From assembly GCA_964057225.1 (NCBI GenBank), contig OZ059898.1:12648001-12712000 (forward strand): a stretch of DNA of 64,000 nucleotides. Direction: 5' to 3'. The position numbers and the translations under genes were made by a program. The notes below the pieces were generated by a model that did no database searches, was not told where the DNA came from, and saw nothing but the letters and a program-made list of their open reading frames with translations. This DNA comes from Auanema rhodensis. Its lineage: Eukaryota > Animalia > Nematoda. Positions 1 through 13,242 of this stretch are shown here, piece after piece; positions within the stretch are counted from its first letter, which is position 1; each line of letters opens with the position of its first letter.

Positions 1-14
1 TTTTCATTTTTCAG

Positions 15-51
15 TAAGAAGCACAAGGAGAACAACACTGGATCGAATTAA
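15..51 (+). CDS. Probable last exon of an upstream gene that begins outside the window
   Basis: TTTTTCAG acceptor at 7-14, then a short open stretch (KKHKENNTGSN* ending TAA 49-51; another frame is also open to 58), followed by U-rich sequence. Product not identifiable. Confidence 0.4.
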
Positions 52-253
52 TGAATAACTGTGAAATTTTAAATGTTTCTATCTTTTTCATCTTATATTC
101 ATGTAATGACAATAATCTAATTTTGATTTCATACTAATCATATCATTTGTGAAATAATACATTCTCACTTTTATTGAATTTTTACTATTTTCTGTTCGAT
201 GCAGATACTTATATTTCAATTAATCATATTTGCTTGTAAATACCTTGTTAAGG

Positions 254-2095
254 ATGCTGGGCCCACGTGTTGTTGGAGCTTGTTCTCGCTTGGTCGCGGC
301 TTCACCTTCTCTTTTGTCATCTCAGGGAGGGTCTCGCCGCCACTCTCATACTATCTGGTATCCTGATGCTCAATTCGAAAGACAGTTCAAGGTACTTTAT
401 ACAGCATGTATGGATGCGTAATTTGTCTTGTTATCAGACCGGAGGAACCCTCGGGCGATTGTGGATGTCTGAGAGAGCTAGTGAATATGATGAACAGATA
501 GGATTAGATAAGTTTGAGAAGCTTATGCAACAGGAGCCCGTCCTTTCTGATACTTATGAAGGAAAACATCGGTAATGCCAATAGTTTTAACCTCAATTTA
601 TCTCGTTCTTTCAAGTGAAAAAAGTCTGGAAAACATGATTCTTAACTTTGGGCCTCAACATCCAGCTGCCCACGGAGTACTCCGTCTTGTATTGAAACTT
701 GAGGGAGAAGTAATCATCAAAGCTATACCTCATATTGGACTTTTGCATCGTGCTACAGAAAAGCTTATTGAACATAAGACTTACACTCAGGTATGAACAG
801 ATTACCATATGTTTGAAATCTAGGAATTATAGGCCTTACCATATTTTGATCGTCTTGATTACGTATCTATGATGTGTAACGAACAAGCTTGGTCTCTCGC
901 TGTTGAAAAGTTGTTGGGAATTGACATTCCTCCCCGTGCTAAGTATATTAGAAGTATATCCTCATTTTCAGTGTGCTTTCTTTATTTTTTAAATTTCAGC
1001 CTTGTTCGGTGAATTAACTAGAATTCAAAATCATATTATGGGTATCACAACTCACGCTTTGGATATCGGAGCTATGACACCATTCTTCTGGATGTTCGAA
1101 GGTGAGTCTTTGATATGTTTTAGAGTAATTAAATTGTTTTAGAACGTGAAAAACTTTTCGAGTTCTCCGAACGTGCTTCTGGTGCTCGTATGCACGCCAA
1201 CTATGTTCGCCCTGGAGGTGTTGCTTGGGATTTGCCTATTGGATTAATGGATGACATCTATGACTGGGCTGTGAAATTCCCAGAACGTATTGATGAGCTC
1301 GAAGATATGCTCACCGAAAACAGAATCTGGAAAGCCAGAACAATTGATATTGGTAACTAGGAACTGTTTTATACGTTTTTGAAACGAGTTTTCAGGTCTT
1401 GTCTCTGCTGCTGATGCTTTGAACTGGGGATTCTCCGGAGTTATGGTTCGAGGTTCTGGAATTAAACAAGATGTTCGTAAAACTCAACCATACGACGCTT
1501 ACGATCAGGTTCAATTCGATGTTCCAATCGGAACCAAGGGAGATTGTTATGACAGGTTATTCATATACTAAGTTCTATATTCATTATTTCATTTAAGATA
1601 TTTATGCCGTGTTGAAGAGATGAGACAATCACTTGATATTATTGTCCAGTGCTTGAACCAAATGCCACAAGGAGAAATTAAAGTTGATGACCATAAGGTT
1701 GTTCCACCAAAGAGAGGAGAGATGAAGGTATCGCTTATACTTTTTTTCAAATTTTAAACTTGTTGTATATAGGATTCTATGGAGTCTTTGATCCATCACT
1801 TCAAATTTTTCACTGAGGGATTCCAAGTTCCACCAGGAGCTACTTATGTCCCTATTGAGGCTCCCAAGGGAGAATTCGGAGTATACCTTGTTGCTGATGG
1901 AACTAGCAAGCCATACAGGTATGATCAGTTATTCTTGGTCTCAATTAAGCTAACTACCTTTACAGATGTTTCATTCGTGCTCCAGGATTCCCTCATTTAG
2001 CTGCCCTCCATGATGTTTGTTACATGTCCCTGATTGCTGATGTCGTTGCTGTTATTGGTACCATGGATATTGTATTCGGAGAAGTTGATCGATAG
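254..2095 (+). CDS. NDUFS2: NADH:ubiquinone oxidoreductase 49 kDa subunit (complex I NDUFS2; nematode gas-1/nduf-2.2 type), multi-exon
   Basis: ATG 254 with a mitochondrial-presequence-like N-terminus. Spliced exons give [87 protein letters not shown] and the C-terminal [12 protein letters not shown] (TAG 2093-2095). Many short GT-AG introns. Confidence 0.97.
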
Positions 2096-2649
2096 AATAG
2101 TAGAAAATTAAATTTATTGTAAATTTTGTTAGCGATTGCTCTTTAGTGTCGAGTGAAGATTTTATCTAACAACCTCTTTCTTTCTTGCTACCTCGAGTCT
2201 CATGATTTATGGAAAATGAGATACAATTTAAACATAATAACATAAACGGAATACAAGGAAAATGAAAAATATGATCTTAATCCAGGATATTATTTTAAGC
2301 TTAGATTGATTACACCTAGGTTATGATTTCATTTCTAAGAAGAATAACTATTGAAGCGGTTGCACATGATCTTTTCTAAATGTACATAATTTGATTAAAA
2401 TTATTTCAGTTAAACAGTGGAATTAAGAATATAAGAACGGATATGTGTATTCAGAATATGAGAAAGACTACTGTGATACTACATACTGCAGTTCATTTAC
2501 AATTTTAAAATGTTAAGTAATGGTATAATAATGATTAAATTTTTATTTAATTTTACAAGGCATCGCTGGGAATGAAAAATAGTGTACACGTAAAACACAA
2601 TAATATACCCTGAATATTCGATGAAGTAGGAATCGAAGTAGATGAACAT

Positions 2650-4791
2650 TTAACAGTTTTTAAGAGCATGTTCAATTATGTTGTTATTAATCAAATGTTC
2701 TTGCTCAGGTAACTTCAATGTGTTCATATCGTATTCAATAGGATCTGTTTCCTTTTCAACAGAACATCCTTTCTGCAAAACTCAACTGAATTAGAAAAAT
2801 AGAACTTATTTGATTACCTTGAAATAGTAAGTTATGTACAGCATATATCCAAGGAATACGAATGCACATGATAAGATAATTAAACAACCAAAAGCAGCTG
2901 TATCAGGAAAAGCAATCACCTGTGTTCAAATGCTTGTTTATTTAGAATTGTCAACAGAATACTTACCAGTGCATCTTTTAATATTGAGAAAAATTCACAG
3001 AATACATTTTGTACAGCATTTACAGAATATCTTTCGTTTTCAGGTATGGTCTCTTGCATAATTTGCATAATAGCTGGATCAGCCATCCATAAACCTTCAA
3101 ATTTACTGAAGTTAATAGTGGTTCGAAATTCAAAATAATTACCAAATCGAGCTAATGTGATACCCATGAAGAAAATATAAATAGAAGAAGAAAACTCAGG
3201 CTCAATTAAAGGTAAGTCAGCTGTTTCGGTACCGTTTCCTCCCAAAAGATGAATCTTTGCCGAATTATACCAAGTCTAGAATGAAATTACTAAAAACTAT
3301 TTACTGTTTGTTGACCATACATTTGCATCCAACGTGTCAAGATATCCAGAAATGTTGAAAGAATTTCCAGGTAAAAATACGGATACGGAACATAAATTTA
3401 TAAATATATTTTGTAACTGAATATGAAGATTGTTAAGAGTAAATAAAAATATTGAATACCGTAAGTCCCAAGAAACCAGTCAAGAGGACACCTAAGAATC
3501 TTTCCAGAGTAGCATAGGTTGCATTACCGAAGAACCCTAGTAAAGATCCGAATGCACGGAAATACCCTATCTGGCCAGCAGACATTCCTTGAGAAGTTCC
3601 GTATGATAAAGCTAACTATAAGAAATATAATAGAATGCAACTATGCATTGTATTAATTACATTATCAAAGCCAAGTACAGTCATATACAACATGGATAGT
3701 CCAAACATAGGTAGAATTGCTTTCTGTCGGAAATATTTTTTCAGCGCAGAGGACGACTTCTCTTCTGGTTTTCTAACTGAAATAAAAATAACAAATCAAG
3801 AAGTTCTAAAGCGTATTTCGTACCAATTGATCTCTTCAATTCAGGAGTTACGGAATAAATCCACATCATGACAACAGTTTCGATAATCCATGAGATAATA
3901 TTCCATGCAATGATAATGATACAACATGACGGCTGAAACATTATTTATGAAATCTAAGGAAACCCTCGAGCAACTCGAATATTTTCTTTTTAGATTAGTT
4001 CAAATTTAAATATCAGAACAATAATCAATTTGAATTAAATCAAAAGCTGAATGTGAAATTTCATTTTGTTGAACAAATCGTATAAAAACGGCAGTGCACG
4101 AACATTCGTGAGCAATAAACAAAACCAAATACGTGTACACATAAGCAATATTTGGAAAGGAAAATATACGAACCTCTTTGTACTTATCAAGCAGGCTTCC
4201 TGCAATAATCGGTGCAACAAAGCATGCTGTCTGATCAATCATATTCATAATACCATTTTGAGCTAAACACAGGTTATCTTATAATAACTTCTACTTTCAT
4301 CTGTACTTGAAAGTCTGGCTCCGTTAGCATTTTCAATCAGAACAACAAGCCAATCTTTTGTGAAGGCAGTTTTTTGTGCTTCTGAGGCTACTCGTGAAAT
4401 CGAACCAAACACAATAGCAGATACTAGTAACACCTAAGTGATGCAATTAGTAATGTGGATATTCTCTTTCATATTCAACTGACTTTTGATGTAATTTCAT
4501 TAGATGATCCGTATCCCAAAAGTTGGAAATAAAATAACAATGCTGATAAAGCAATAAAAACATTATTAACAATTAACACAGCTTGTATTCCTGTAATATT
4601 ACGAAATTATTAAAACGCTTGTCATATGTAAGCGAACCCCTCAAACGACTCATACGATCTAAGGAACTTCCAACCTTTGTGGCTAAACACAGCTTGAATC
4701 CTGCATCAATTAACTGATGTATTGCTACCCAACTTAGCCCTCCTAATCGGTGCATAATGAATCCCATAGAAAAGGCCCATAGTCGATCCCC
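2650..4791 (-). CDS. fpn-1: Ferroportin (SLC40A1 / fpn-1 family) iron exporter, multi-exon; 5' end not resolved
   Basis: Exons splice to GDRLWAFSMGFIMHRLGG, SRVASEAQKTAFTKDWLVVL, NMIDQTACFVAPIIAG, IIAWNIISWIIE, GLSMLYMTVLGFDN, GITLARFGLWMADPAIMQIMQETIPENERYSVNAVQN, ending ...ALKNC* (TAA 2652-2650). I could not assign the start codon or first exon upstream of 4791. Confidence 0.9.
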
Positions 4792-5217
4792 CTTGAATAA
4801 AAATATTTGATTGATGGTTCCGTGATAATTTAACTTTTTTTCGGTTAATTGTTATCTAGCAATGGTTATTAAAATTTTTTCAGTGATGATCTTGATACTG
4901 AGAAGCATCCAAAACCAGAAAAATGATAAAAAATAGTTCTAGAGGTTTTGATGTATTAAAGTTCTAAAGGAAGATTAGATAGATCGTACTCCAGACGAAA
5001 TTGCTTATCTTTGGTTTGGTCGTTGGAAGATCAGACGTCACATGGTCATGAGGAATGGTTTTAAGCCGATCAGTAAAGGATTACTTAGAGAATTGTAAAA
5101 TATAGAAATATATATACTAAATGAATTTAAAAGGTGAATGGAGTTGTGAAGCATAAATAAATTAGTTTTGGGAACTTATTTATGGAAATCGATGTGTGTC
5201 AATAAATTTAAACTTAC

Positions 5218-5555
5218 TAAAGCTGATATGAGAAAAGCAGCATTCAGGGTGGATACAACTTTAACATATTGGCGGTTTTGATGAAAAAATTTCCGCTGCT
5301 GGTCGAACATTACTAAAATTAATTTGAAATGAAATCTTATCGAATAATGATTGAAAGGTGAAAATAAATATAATACAAATGGCTTGGGCTAGCGGAATTG
5401 TAGGAAGGTGTTGGGTCAAGAAACGATGACAGCCGTCTTCATCAAATAACTATACTGTTTGAGTTCAAATCATATAAGCAATTGCGATTAAACAAGCTAG
5501 TAGATACGTAATTTCTTAGAAAATCGTGGAAACTTATTGAAGAACCTTGATGTGG
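5218..5555 (-). CDS. Possible internal exons of an unidentified gene
   Basis: Three phase-compatible exons (5555-5508, 5449-5377, 5312-5218) separated by 58- and 64-nt GT-AG introns give PHQGSSISFHDFLRNYLFDEDGCHRFLTQHLPTIPLAQAILMFDQQRKFFHQNRQYVKVVSTLNAAFLISAL. No family recognised; start and stop not established. Confidence 0.35.
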
Positions 5556-7670
5556 CTTAAATAAAACGATAGTGAGCTAAAGTTAGTCATTGGAGATGAA
5601 TCATATTAGAATGTTTATTCGGTGAATATTGGGAAAAAAAGAATACGACATACGACATACGTCAACGACAAAGCTTTGACTGTTCTATGTGAATAAAGAA
5701 AAGTACGATAAATTTAGAATTATAGTGAATATGAGAGGAAAAAAAAGAGAATTCTGAATTCTGATATTGAAATGGACCGTGGAAGAAGACGGTGAAGCTG
5801 AGAATGAAAGCAGATTGAAATTTTTCTTATCTAGTAGTTAAGATTACAACTGAACGATAGGTGCAAGAGTAACTGATGCACTTATGAAAGACCAGTAAGT
5901 AAGTAAGAAAGTATTTCACAAGATACCTCGAGACGATAGGTTGCATTATGACTATAAAAAGAATAGTTGATTTAATATTCAAAATATATGATAAAGGGAT
6001 CATCTTGTTTTTACTATGTAATGGAAGCTTGCGAAAAAATAGACAAGTTTAGAATATAGATAAGAATGTGGTAGGAGAAAAGGAATGAAATCTCGTTTCT
6101 CTCTTGCTATGCAGTCCATATTTTTCCTTTTTCCATGATAAAATATTGAAGAAGGGAAATGAGTGAAAGAGAGACAGATAGATAGATACAGAGGAAAAAA
6201 GAGGGGGAGGAAGAGAGAGAGAAAGAGATAGAGAGGGACAGAGAGAGGGAGAGAGGGAAAGAGGTAAAGAGAGAATAAAAAATGCTCCTATTTTCAAAAT
6301 GAGGATGTTAATGACAACAGATGATGAAACAGCATAGCAAGTACATACTTTCTTCCATTTACAAGTAAAAAGAAGCGACACATTTCGTGATAAACGATTG
6401 CAATCTAAGCTTCGTCCAAAGTCTAAAAGCAATCACAATGAGAACTCATCAGATGTATGATGAATGTGTGTAGTTTTAAAAGCACAAAGAGATGCAGGTT
6501 TCAAACTTAAAGAATATATGTTTAGCCTAAATATGTGAACTAGTTGTTAGTAAATAATAATTGTATAATAGTAGCAAAATCCAGTAACAACAAGTGGTTT
6601 GGCAGAAATTGGACAGAAGAAAGCAGCATGTAGTTCTAAGGTGATGATATTTCAGATGAATTGCTTGAGAGTTGGAAAAAAACAAACTCAAAGAGTTCCG
6701 CGTCTATAGCCTCTTGTTGTGAGAACAGCTTATCTATAGCTTATTTTGAGGTATATACCTTCATACTCAAACTATCATTTAACCTTGAAAATCATCCCAG
6801 AAAGGTATTTAAGTTAAAGATTGCTAGAATAAAAACAACAAAACTAAATAAATAGCATAGATTAATGAAAAAATGAAAATGTAGTAAGCTCTTAAGTTCA
6901 CGATGAGTCAGCTGTTCATTATTTATGTATTAAGTTAAATATTTGACATTGCTCAAGCTTAAAAAATAATTCAAAGCATTTACAGCAGACCTATATAAAT
7001 AATCATAAACTATAGAAAATTTGAATAGAAATCAGTAAGCAGAACAAGATAAGATAAGAAATTTGTGCGAGTTTTGAAGCTTATTCATAGTAATCTAACA
7101 TCATTATCTGATATAAATAATAAAAATGTGTCTAAATTTATTTCTATTATTTACTTTTGGAATGAATAATGATAGCTACCGCATGTGATTAAATGATAAT
7201 CTCATTTCATTGAATTATAGCAAAAAAACCTAAAATCAGTAATAGTATTCTGTAAAATACATTTACAAATCGCCTAATCTTTAAACTTAAAAATAGAAAA
7301 ATATTGAAGTTTCCATCAATATATGTCAGTCACCACATGGCAATCCTGAAAAAAAAATGGATCAATAAGGATATAAGCAAAAGCAAATAAGGATTTTAAG
7401 CATAAAAGAAAAGAATATGCCAATTGAATTGGTTTGACATTAGAAAATCTCTGACAACATATAGCACTTTGTTAGTTAATGAACTCTTTCCAGTCACATT
7501 AACCAATACTGTTCAATGAATTTATGAGCATAAATTAAATAAATTTTACGATAAAAAAAAAGAAAATTCATGCGATCTGGGAAATTTTTAAGATGTACCA
7601 TGCCCTTTGAATATGTCACGTTCACGTCAAATTTCATTCTAGCAATTGGGTTCGTGAAAATCGGCGGTGT

Positions 7671-9481
7671 ATGGATTCATCAGGTTAATACATTTTTGAA
7701 TTATTCTTTGTATTAATTGAAACGAGAAACTTTTTAAATTAAAAATATTTTATTTGTTTAATTCAATTCTTTTTTTCTTCTACGAATTTTCGTAAGTTAT
7801 AGGCCCTGTTCAAATTTCTAAAGGAAAGATTATCGGTAGGAAATGGAAAGTAATCAAAAAACTTGGAGAAGGTGGTTGTGGTTCAGTTTACAAAGTTATG
7901 AATTTGACATCAAATCCGAATAATCCCGAAATGGTATATATCTTATTCACAATATGAAGATATTTTTCAAAATATTAGGCAGCTTTGAAAGCAGAATTTA
8001 ACATGGAAATAAATGTTTTGAAACTTGAAGTTCAGGTAATAGCATACTAACTATAACTATATTACTTATATTTTATCTTTTATAGGTTTTACAACGTTTA
8101 GAAGGAAGACCTCATGTTGCACAACTACTTTATAGTGGAAAGCGTGATAACTTCTCTTATATAGTAATGACACTAATGGGAGATAGTTTGTCAAGCTTGA
8201 TTAAGTAAACTCTCTCCTCATCTCTACGTTTCAATTGATATTTCATTCAGAAAAGTTGGCGGCAGAGTTTCGAAATCAACACTTGTTCGAGTTGCAGTTA
8301 ATGTTTTATTTTGCCTTAAGCAAATTCATGAGGTTTTACCATATTGTTACTTATATTTCTTAAATTTCTTAAATTTTTAAAAAATATTCTTCTATCATAA
8401 TACAGAAGATCCATTCTTCAGATTGGATTTGTTCATCGCGATCTGAAACCAGCTAATATTGCTATAGGCTATCCTTCCTCTGGTCGTCAACATTTTCTTC
8501 ATATTTTGGATTTTGGACTATCCAGAATGTTTGTGGTTAAACGGGGCAACAACTTGGTATTTAGAAGGCAAAGAGAAAGAGCTCTTTTCAGGTTACTAAT
8601 AGAGAAAAAACAATTTATATGCATTTATTTAAGAGGGACAGCTAGATACTGTTCTATAAACACTCATGAAAAACAAGATCAAGGAAGAGTTGACGATCTC
8701 TGGAGTTTCATGTATATGATTGCAGAAATGAGAGATGCATTACCATGGAAATATGTTCAGTTAGTCATCAGATTTAGATGAACTCTTATACTTTGAATAA
8801 TTTTATTTCTTTCTATATATTTCTCTTCCTCTACTCTTCTAATTTTTAAAATTTATTTTTATTTTGAAATTTTTCAGAAGTCGAAGTCATGTGTGTCAGA
8901 TGAAGAAATCCACACCTTTGTCTGTATTATTCAAATGCTATCCCGAGCACATGTTTCAAATTTGTGAACATTTGAAGTAGGAATCTCTTTGAATACTATG
9001 TAAAACTTGAGTTCATTTAGCAAATTAGATTATTTTTCTCGACCAAACTATCATTTCATTGCAAATCAATTCTTTGGCATCATCCGTGAAAATAACTTTA
9101 AGTAGAAATTCGTCAGATCAATCAACTAATCACATAATTCATTATTTTTAGATTCACAGATCCCTATGATTGGGAGGACGGAAAAATTCTAAATCATGCA
9201 GATGTAACTATTGATGAAACGGAAACAGTGACGTAATCATCAACCTTCTATAATTTTTTAAAACCTGCAACCTGTATTACAGGCATCCATCGAGTGCAGA
9301 TGAACTACGAGAACAAACAGCAACAGAAGAAACTGCGAATAGAACTTCACAACAAAATCAACCAGTAAGCACATAAATTATGAGACATATTTCCATTTTA
9401 ATCTTAAAATCTATTTTTCATGATTCACTAGAAGATCCATTTCCTGAAGAATTTTTCAAATCAAATATATTAGGATTTTGA
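7671..9481 (+). CDS. Tau-tubulin-kinase-like / CK1-group Ser/Thr kinase (nematode-expanded TTBK-like family), multi-exon
   Basis: MDSSG|PVQISKGKIIGRKWKVIKKLGEGGCGSVYKV, AALKAE, VLKLEVQVL, GFVHRDLKPANIAIG, ILDFGLSR, FRGTARYCSINTH, QGRVDDLWS, DPYDWE and the C-terminal DPFPEEFFKSNILGF* (TGA 9479-9481). Confidence 0.93.
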
Positions 9482-9569
9482 ATTGAGATGATACATACAT
9501 AAACCGATGACCCCAAATACTAATTTACTAACAAAATATGAAAGCAAACTGAACAATGATATTGATTAT

Positions 9570-11669
9570 CTATTCAAGTAATTTTAGCATTAGTTGCACC
9601 AAAACTTTTTGACACTCAGCTAATTCATTTCTAGGCATAAACTCGTCGTCTGAATGAGCATTCTTGATTGATCCAGCACCAAATAAATATTTTCCTTTAA
9701 TGATTAATGAACTAAATAACTAATTTAAACTTGTACTTACCTTTTACTGTGTCAATTTTATCAAAATAGGGCAAATCTGTGTTGAATGCTACTGAATCTG
9801 AATCATATTGTAATGGTATCTGACTGAGAAGAACTGGCTCATTTTGGCCCAAAATTTCAATTTCAACTCGATCTTAAGAGATATACTTGAATATATTATG
9901 TGACAGTATAAAACACCTTTTGTTATATTTTTTAGCTGATTCAAAATATCAGCAACAGATGTTGTGACTCTAAAGAATATGTTGGCTTCAGCAGCTTCAG
10001 CCCAAGCATTCTGAGCTTGACCACCGTTGATCAGACCAACATTGAAAGTTGTTGCTCCTTAAGCCATAATATGGAATCACATAATATTCTCCATACATAC
10101 CAACATCTTTTGAATTTGGCCAATTATGGTTGATAATATCATTAAGTACGGGAATTAGGTTATGAACAGCACTGACTCCTGAATTTGGATAACCAGAATG
10201 TCCAGCAACCCCTTTGGATTTGAGTAAAACCTGGAAATTTAAGAATCTTATGATGCTGTGAGATCTTCAGGTCACCTTCAATGCTCCCTTTTGAATTGTG
10301 GCGAACTTTAATTCGGTTGGTTCTCCTACAATCAGAAATTCGGGATTGAGATTAAGCGCATTAGCTTCCTAAATACCAAAGAGTGTTGAAACAGTACATG
10401 TTGGACTAATTAGAATGGATTAATCACGTTTTTCAGTTCAAATTAGTTTGTTGATACAATAAAAAATGTTTAGCAGCTTTATATAACTGTCTGGTAAACC
10501 AAATAAAGACAGGAGGTTAAGAGGCCAAGGCTCTTTTCAAACCGGCTTGAGAAGTTCACTGGCGCCACTGAGGATACTGAACTAGATAGACTTCATACAT
10601 ACGTATATATGAAACCGGCTTGTTCAAAAGGTTTTTTTTGGTAAAAAAATGTTAATAACACTCAATACCATCATTCCAATATGGTCAACTTCTTCTCCAA
10701 CTACAAACAATAACCCAATTTGATCAGCTTTTTCGGGATGTCTCTTAACAAACTCATTGGCAGCCATTACCATACATGCCAACTGACCTGAAATCGAATA
10801 TATGATTGTAATTTGGGTAACTTAGATTATAAAATTTAAAATATACAATCAATTTAAGCATTTCGTAACCAGGTAAGTACAAGTAAGTAACCATTATTAA
10901 TTATATGGTTTGATTAGAAATTTATAAGCAACACCTTTTGCGTCATTTGAACCTCTTCCATAAATATTTTTCTCATCAAAACTAGGGGGAATGTATGGTG
11001 GAACAGTATCTAAGTGTGTATTCATAATCAGACGAACTTTATCTGAAATAATCATTTGTTCATCAACTTTATATATGAACCATATAGCTTTAACCTTTCG
11101 TTGATCTTGTAGCTAAAACATTGAATCTTGATTTATCATTTCTTAAATATTGTTTTTCGATAATCCATCCATCAGATGCTAAATCAGTAGCAACTGCAGT
11201 AGCCATATCACCTTAAATTCGTCATTGATCACTGGCTTTTACTGTTTGGCTTATTTTTGAAATGGATGTATTACAAAATCTATTACAAATATCTTTATTT
11301 GTTAAAATTGTCTTAAAGTAACTATCAATAATTTTGAATTTAATACAAGTTAAACTTTCTATCTTTTTCAATTTTTTCTTTAAAGTATAACCCGAATTAG
11401 ATAAGAGATTGTCCAGCAAAACACGTTTATACCAATTTCTTATCGACAAATACAGATAGAAAATAGTATAAGTGATCACGAGATATTTTTAATTAGCAAT
11501 GAAACATTCAATTTCAACGAAAAAAAGTTATTCAAATATAAAATTTAAATATATAAAGATATATATTATATTTAAATCAAAGTACTCTTTTACCTTCAAA
11601 TTTAGTTGTTGAAACAATTTTCATATACTTGAGCAAAAGCTCTTCAAGTTCAGTAAAAGTTGATGTCAT
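9570..11669 (-). CDS. Peptidase M20 family metallohydrolase, ArgE/DapE-like (acetylornithine deacetylase-like), multi-exon
   Basis: ATG 11669 just after a TTTTAG acceptor. Motifs MNTHLDTVPP, IYGRGSNDAKGQ, LLFVVGEE, IVGEPTE, KGVAGHSGYP, TTFNVGLINGG, FGAGSIKNAHS, ending KLLE* (TAG 9572-9570). All expected metal ligands are present. Confidence 0.92.
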
Positions 11670-13242
11670 GTTTCTAAAATAAAAACAAAAATAAATAAAA
11701 AAAAATAAAATATTATATATATATATATACATAACAAGCAAATAAGATTTGATTGTTTATGCAATGATTAGAGAAATGATAATTGAAGGCGATAATTAGG
11801 TCTTCGAAGTTCATATATAGACATCGTGAAACTGAAAAAAAGATCGTTTCAAAGTGATTATCTATGAACGAAAAAAAAAGTTATTAATGATATTGAGATA
11901 CTTATTATATTGATTTTTTCGAAAAAAAAAACAACTAAAGGGCATTTATGAGAAATGGTTGCCGAATGTAGGTTCTACATGAAAGTAATGGTATTGGCAA
12001 CATATTGCCAACTACAATCATGTGATCAATTGGTTATATTTATGATAACAGAATTTTATCTATAAAAACTATAAAGTTGTATTAAAAACTTAAAAAGATA
12101 GTACTTGTTTAATCATTGAATTCTTTGAAATTGTTATTTCATATTTGTTGTTTAGCTTTGTAAAATAAAATAAAAAAAAAACAATTCAAAACTATAGTCT
12201 TCATTATCTAAATTTCTCCATAAAATATTACAAACAAAATAAAATGATTTTCAGTGGCGAAAAAAAACACAATAAACATTAAAAATATATTTAATAAAGG
12301 ATAGAGTGAAAAGAAAAAAATTATATAAAAGAGATAGAGAAAGAGAGAGAGAGAGAGATAGAGAGAAAGTCAGTAGAGAATCACCACATACAGTAAAAAG
12401 GATTAGAAATCGCTTAAGATACGACAAAATGTTTGAAATGCACACAAGAAACTATGTATACCATATTAGTTTGGTAAAATTATTACATAAAACCCGCTTT
12501 TGGAAAAGGTACACACATGGAGACTAAGTGTAGGCTCAGCCTACCGGCTAGACATGTGATCCCGTGAACAATCTGTGCAGTTCTCATACAAATTGCTTCA
12601 TCTAATACATAATATATGAAATAGAAGTTTGAGGATTTACAATGAGTTGGGGTAAGAAATTTGAAGATATAAATCGAAAATGAAACGAAACAAAGGCCAA
12701 AAACATCTCTTCCTTGTATAATAAAGCATAAGCTGTATGAGCGTCATGCGCTGATCGGCTGCCTATTCAACTGATTGTTCAGTATTTACAAGTTTCCGAT
12801 GATGAATTATAATCATAAAAAGCGATATATAATATAAATACAAATTTTTAAAAAATACACTGAAAAGTTGTCTCTCAAGGCTAGATTTTAGATTGAAAAT
12901 TAGTTTTTTAATAGAAAGATTTGATTAAGAACTCTTCTGGCTTTGGTTACGAAGCAAAAGTGTAAGGAGTAGCTGGAAATTAATATTCATAGCTACTTTT
13001 CGGTTGAAAAAAACGAGGAGATATAGTAATTCGAGAGAGAAACAGAAAAGGAGAGCAAGAGCAAGAGAGAGAGATAGATATATAAAGACAGAGAGAGAGA
13101 GAGAGAGAGAAGGTAAGAGAGAGAGAAAAATGATAAAATGATAAAAAAAGAGAAAAAGAGATTAATTATATGGTATAAAGGTAAAGACACTAGAGGCACA
13201 AGCACTGGACTAGTCAAAACGAACGAATATGTACGAAAATTG

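Noticed and set aside
6370-6465. Hammerhead-ribozyme-like core on the - strand (CTGATGA-GTTC...GGAC-GAAG)
   Set aside because: GAAA is GAAG, and I could not build stem III or a correctly placed NUH cleavage triplet.
11222-11479. 85-codon ORF within intron 1 of the M20 gene
   Set aside because: Non-ATG start, stops before the next exon, low-complexity AT-driven composition and no recognisable motif.
11994-12011. TTGGCAA-cata-TTGCCAA palindrome upstream of the M20 gene as an NFI site
   Set aside because: Spacing between TTGGC and GCCAA is 8 nt rather than the canonical 5.
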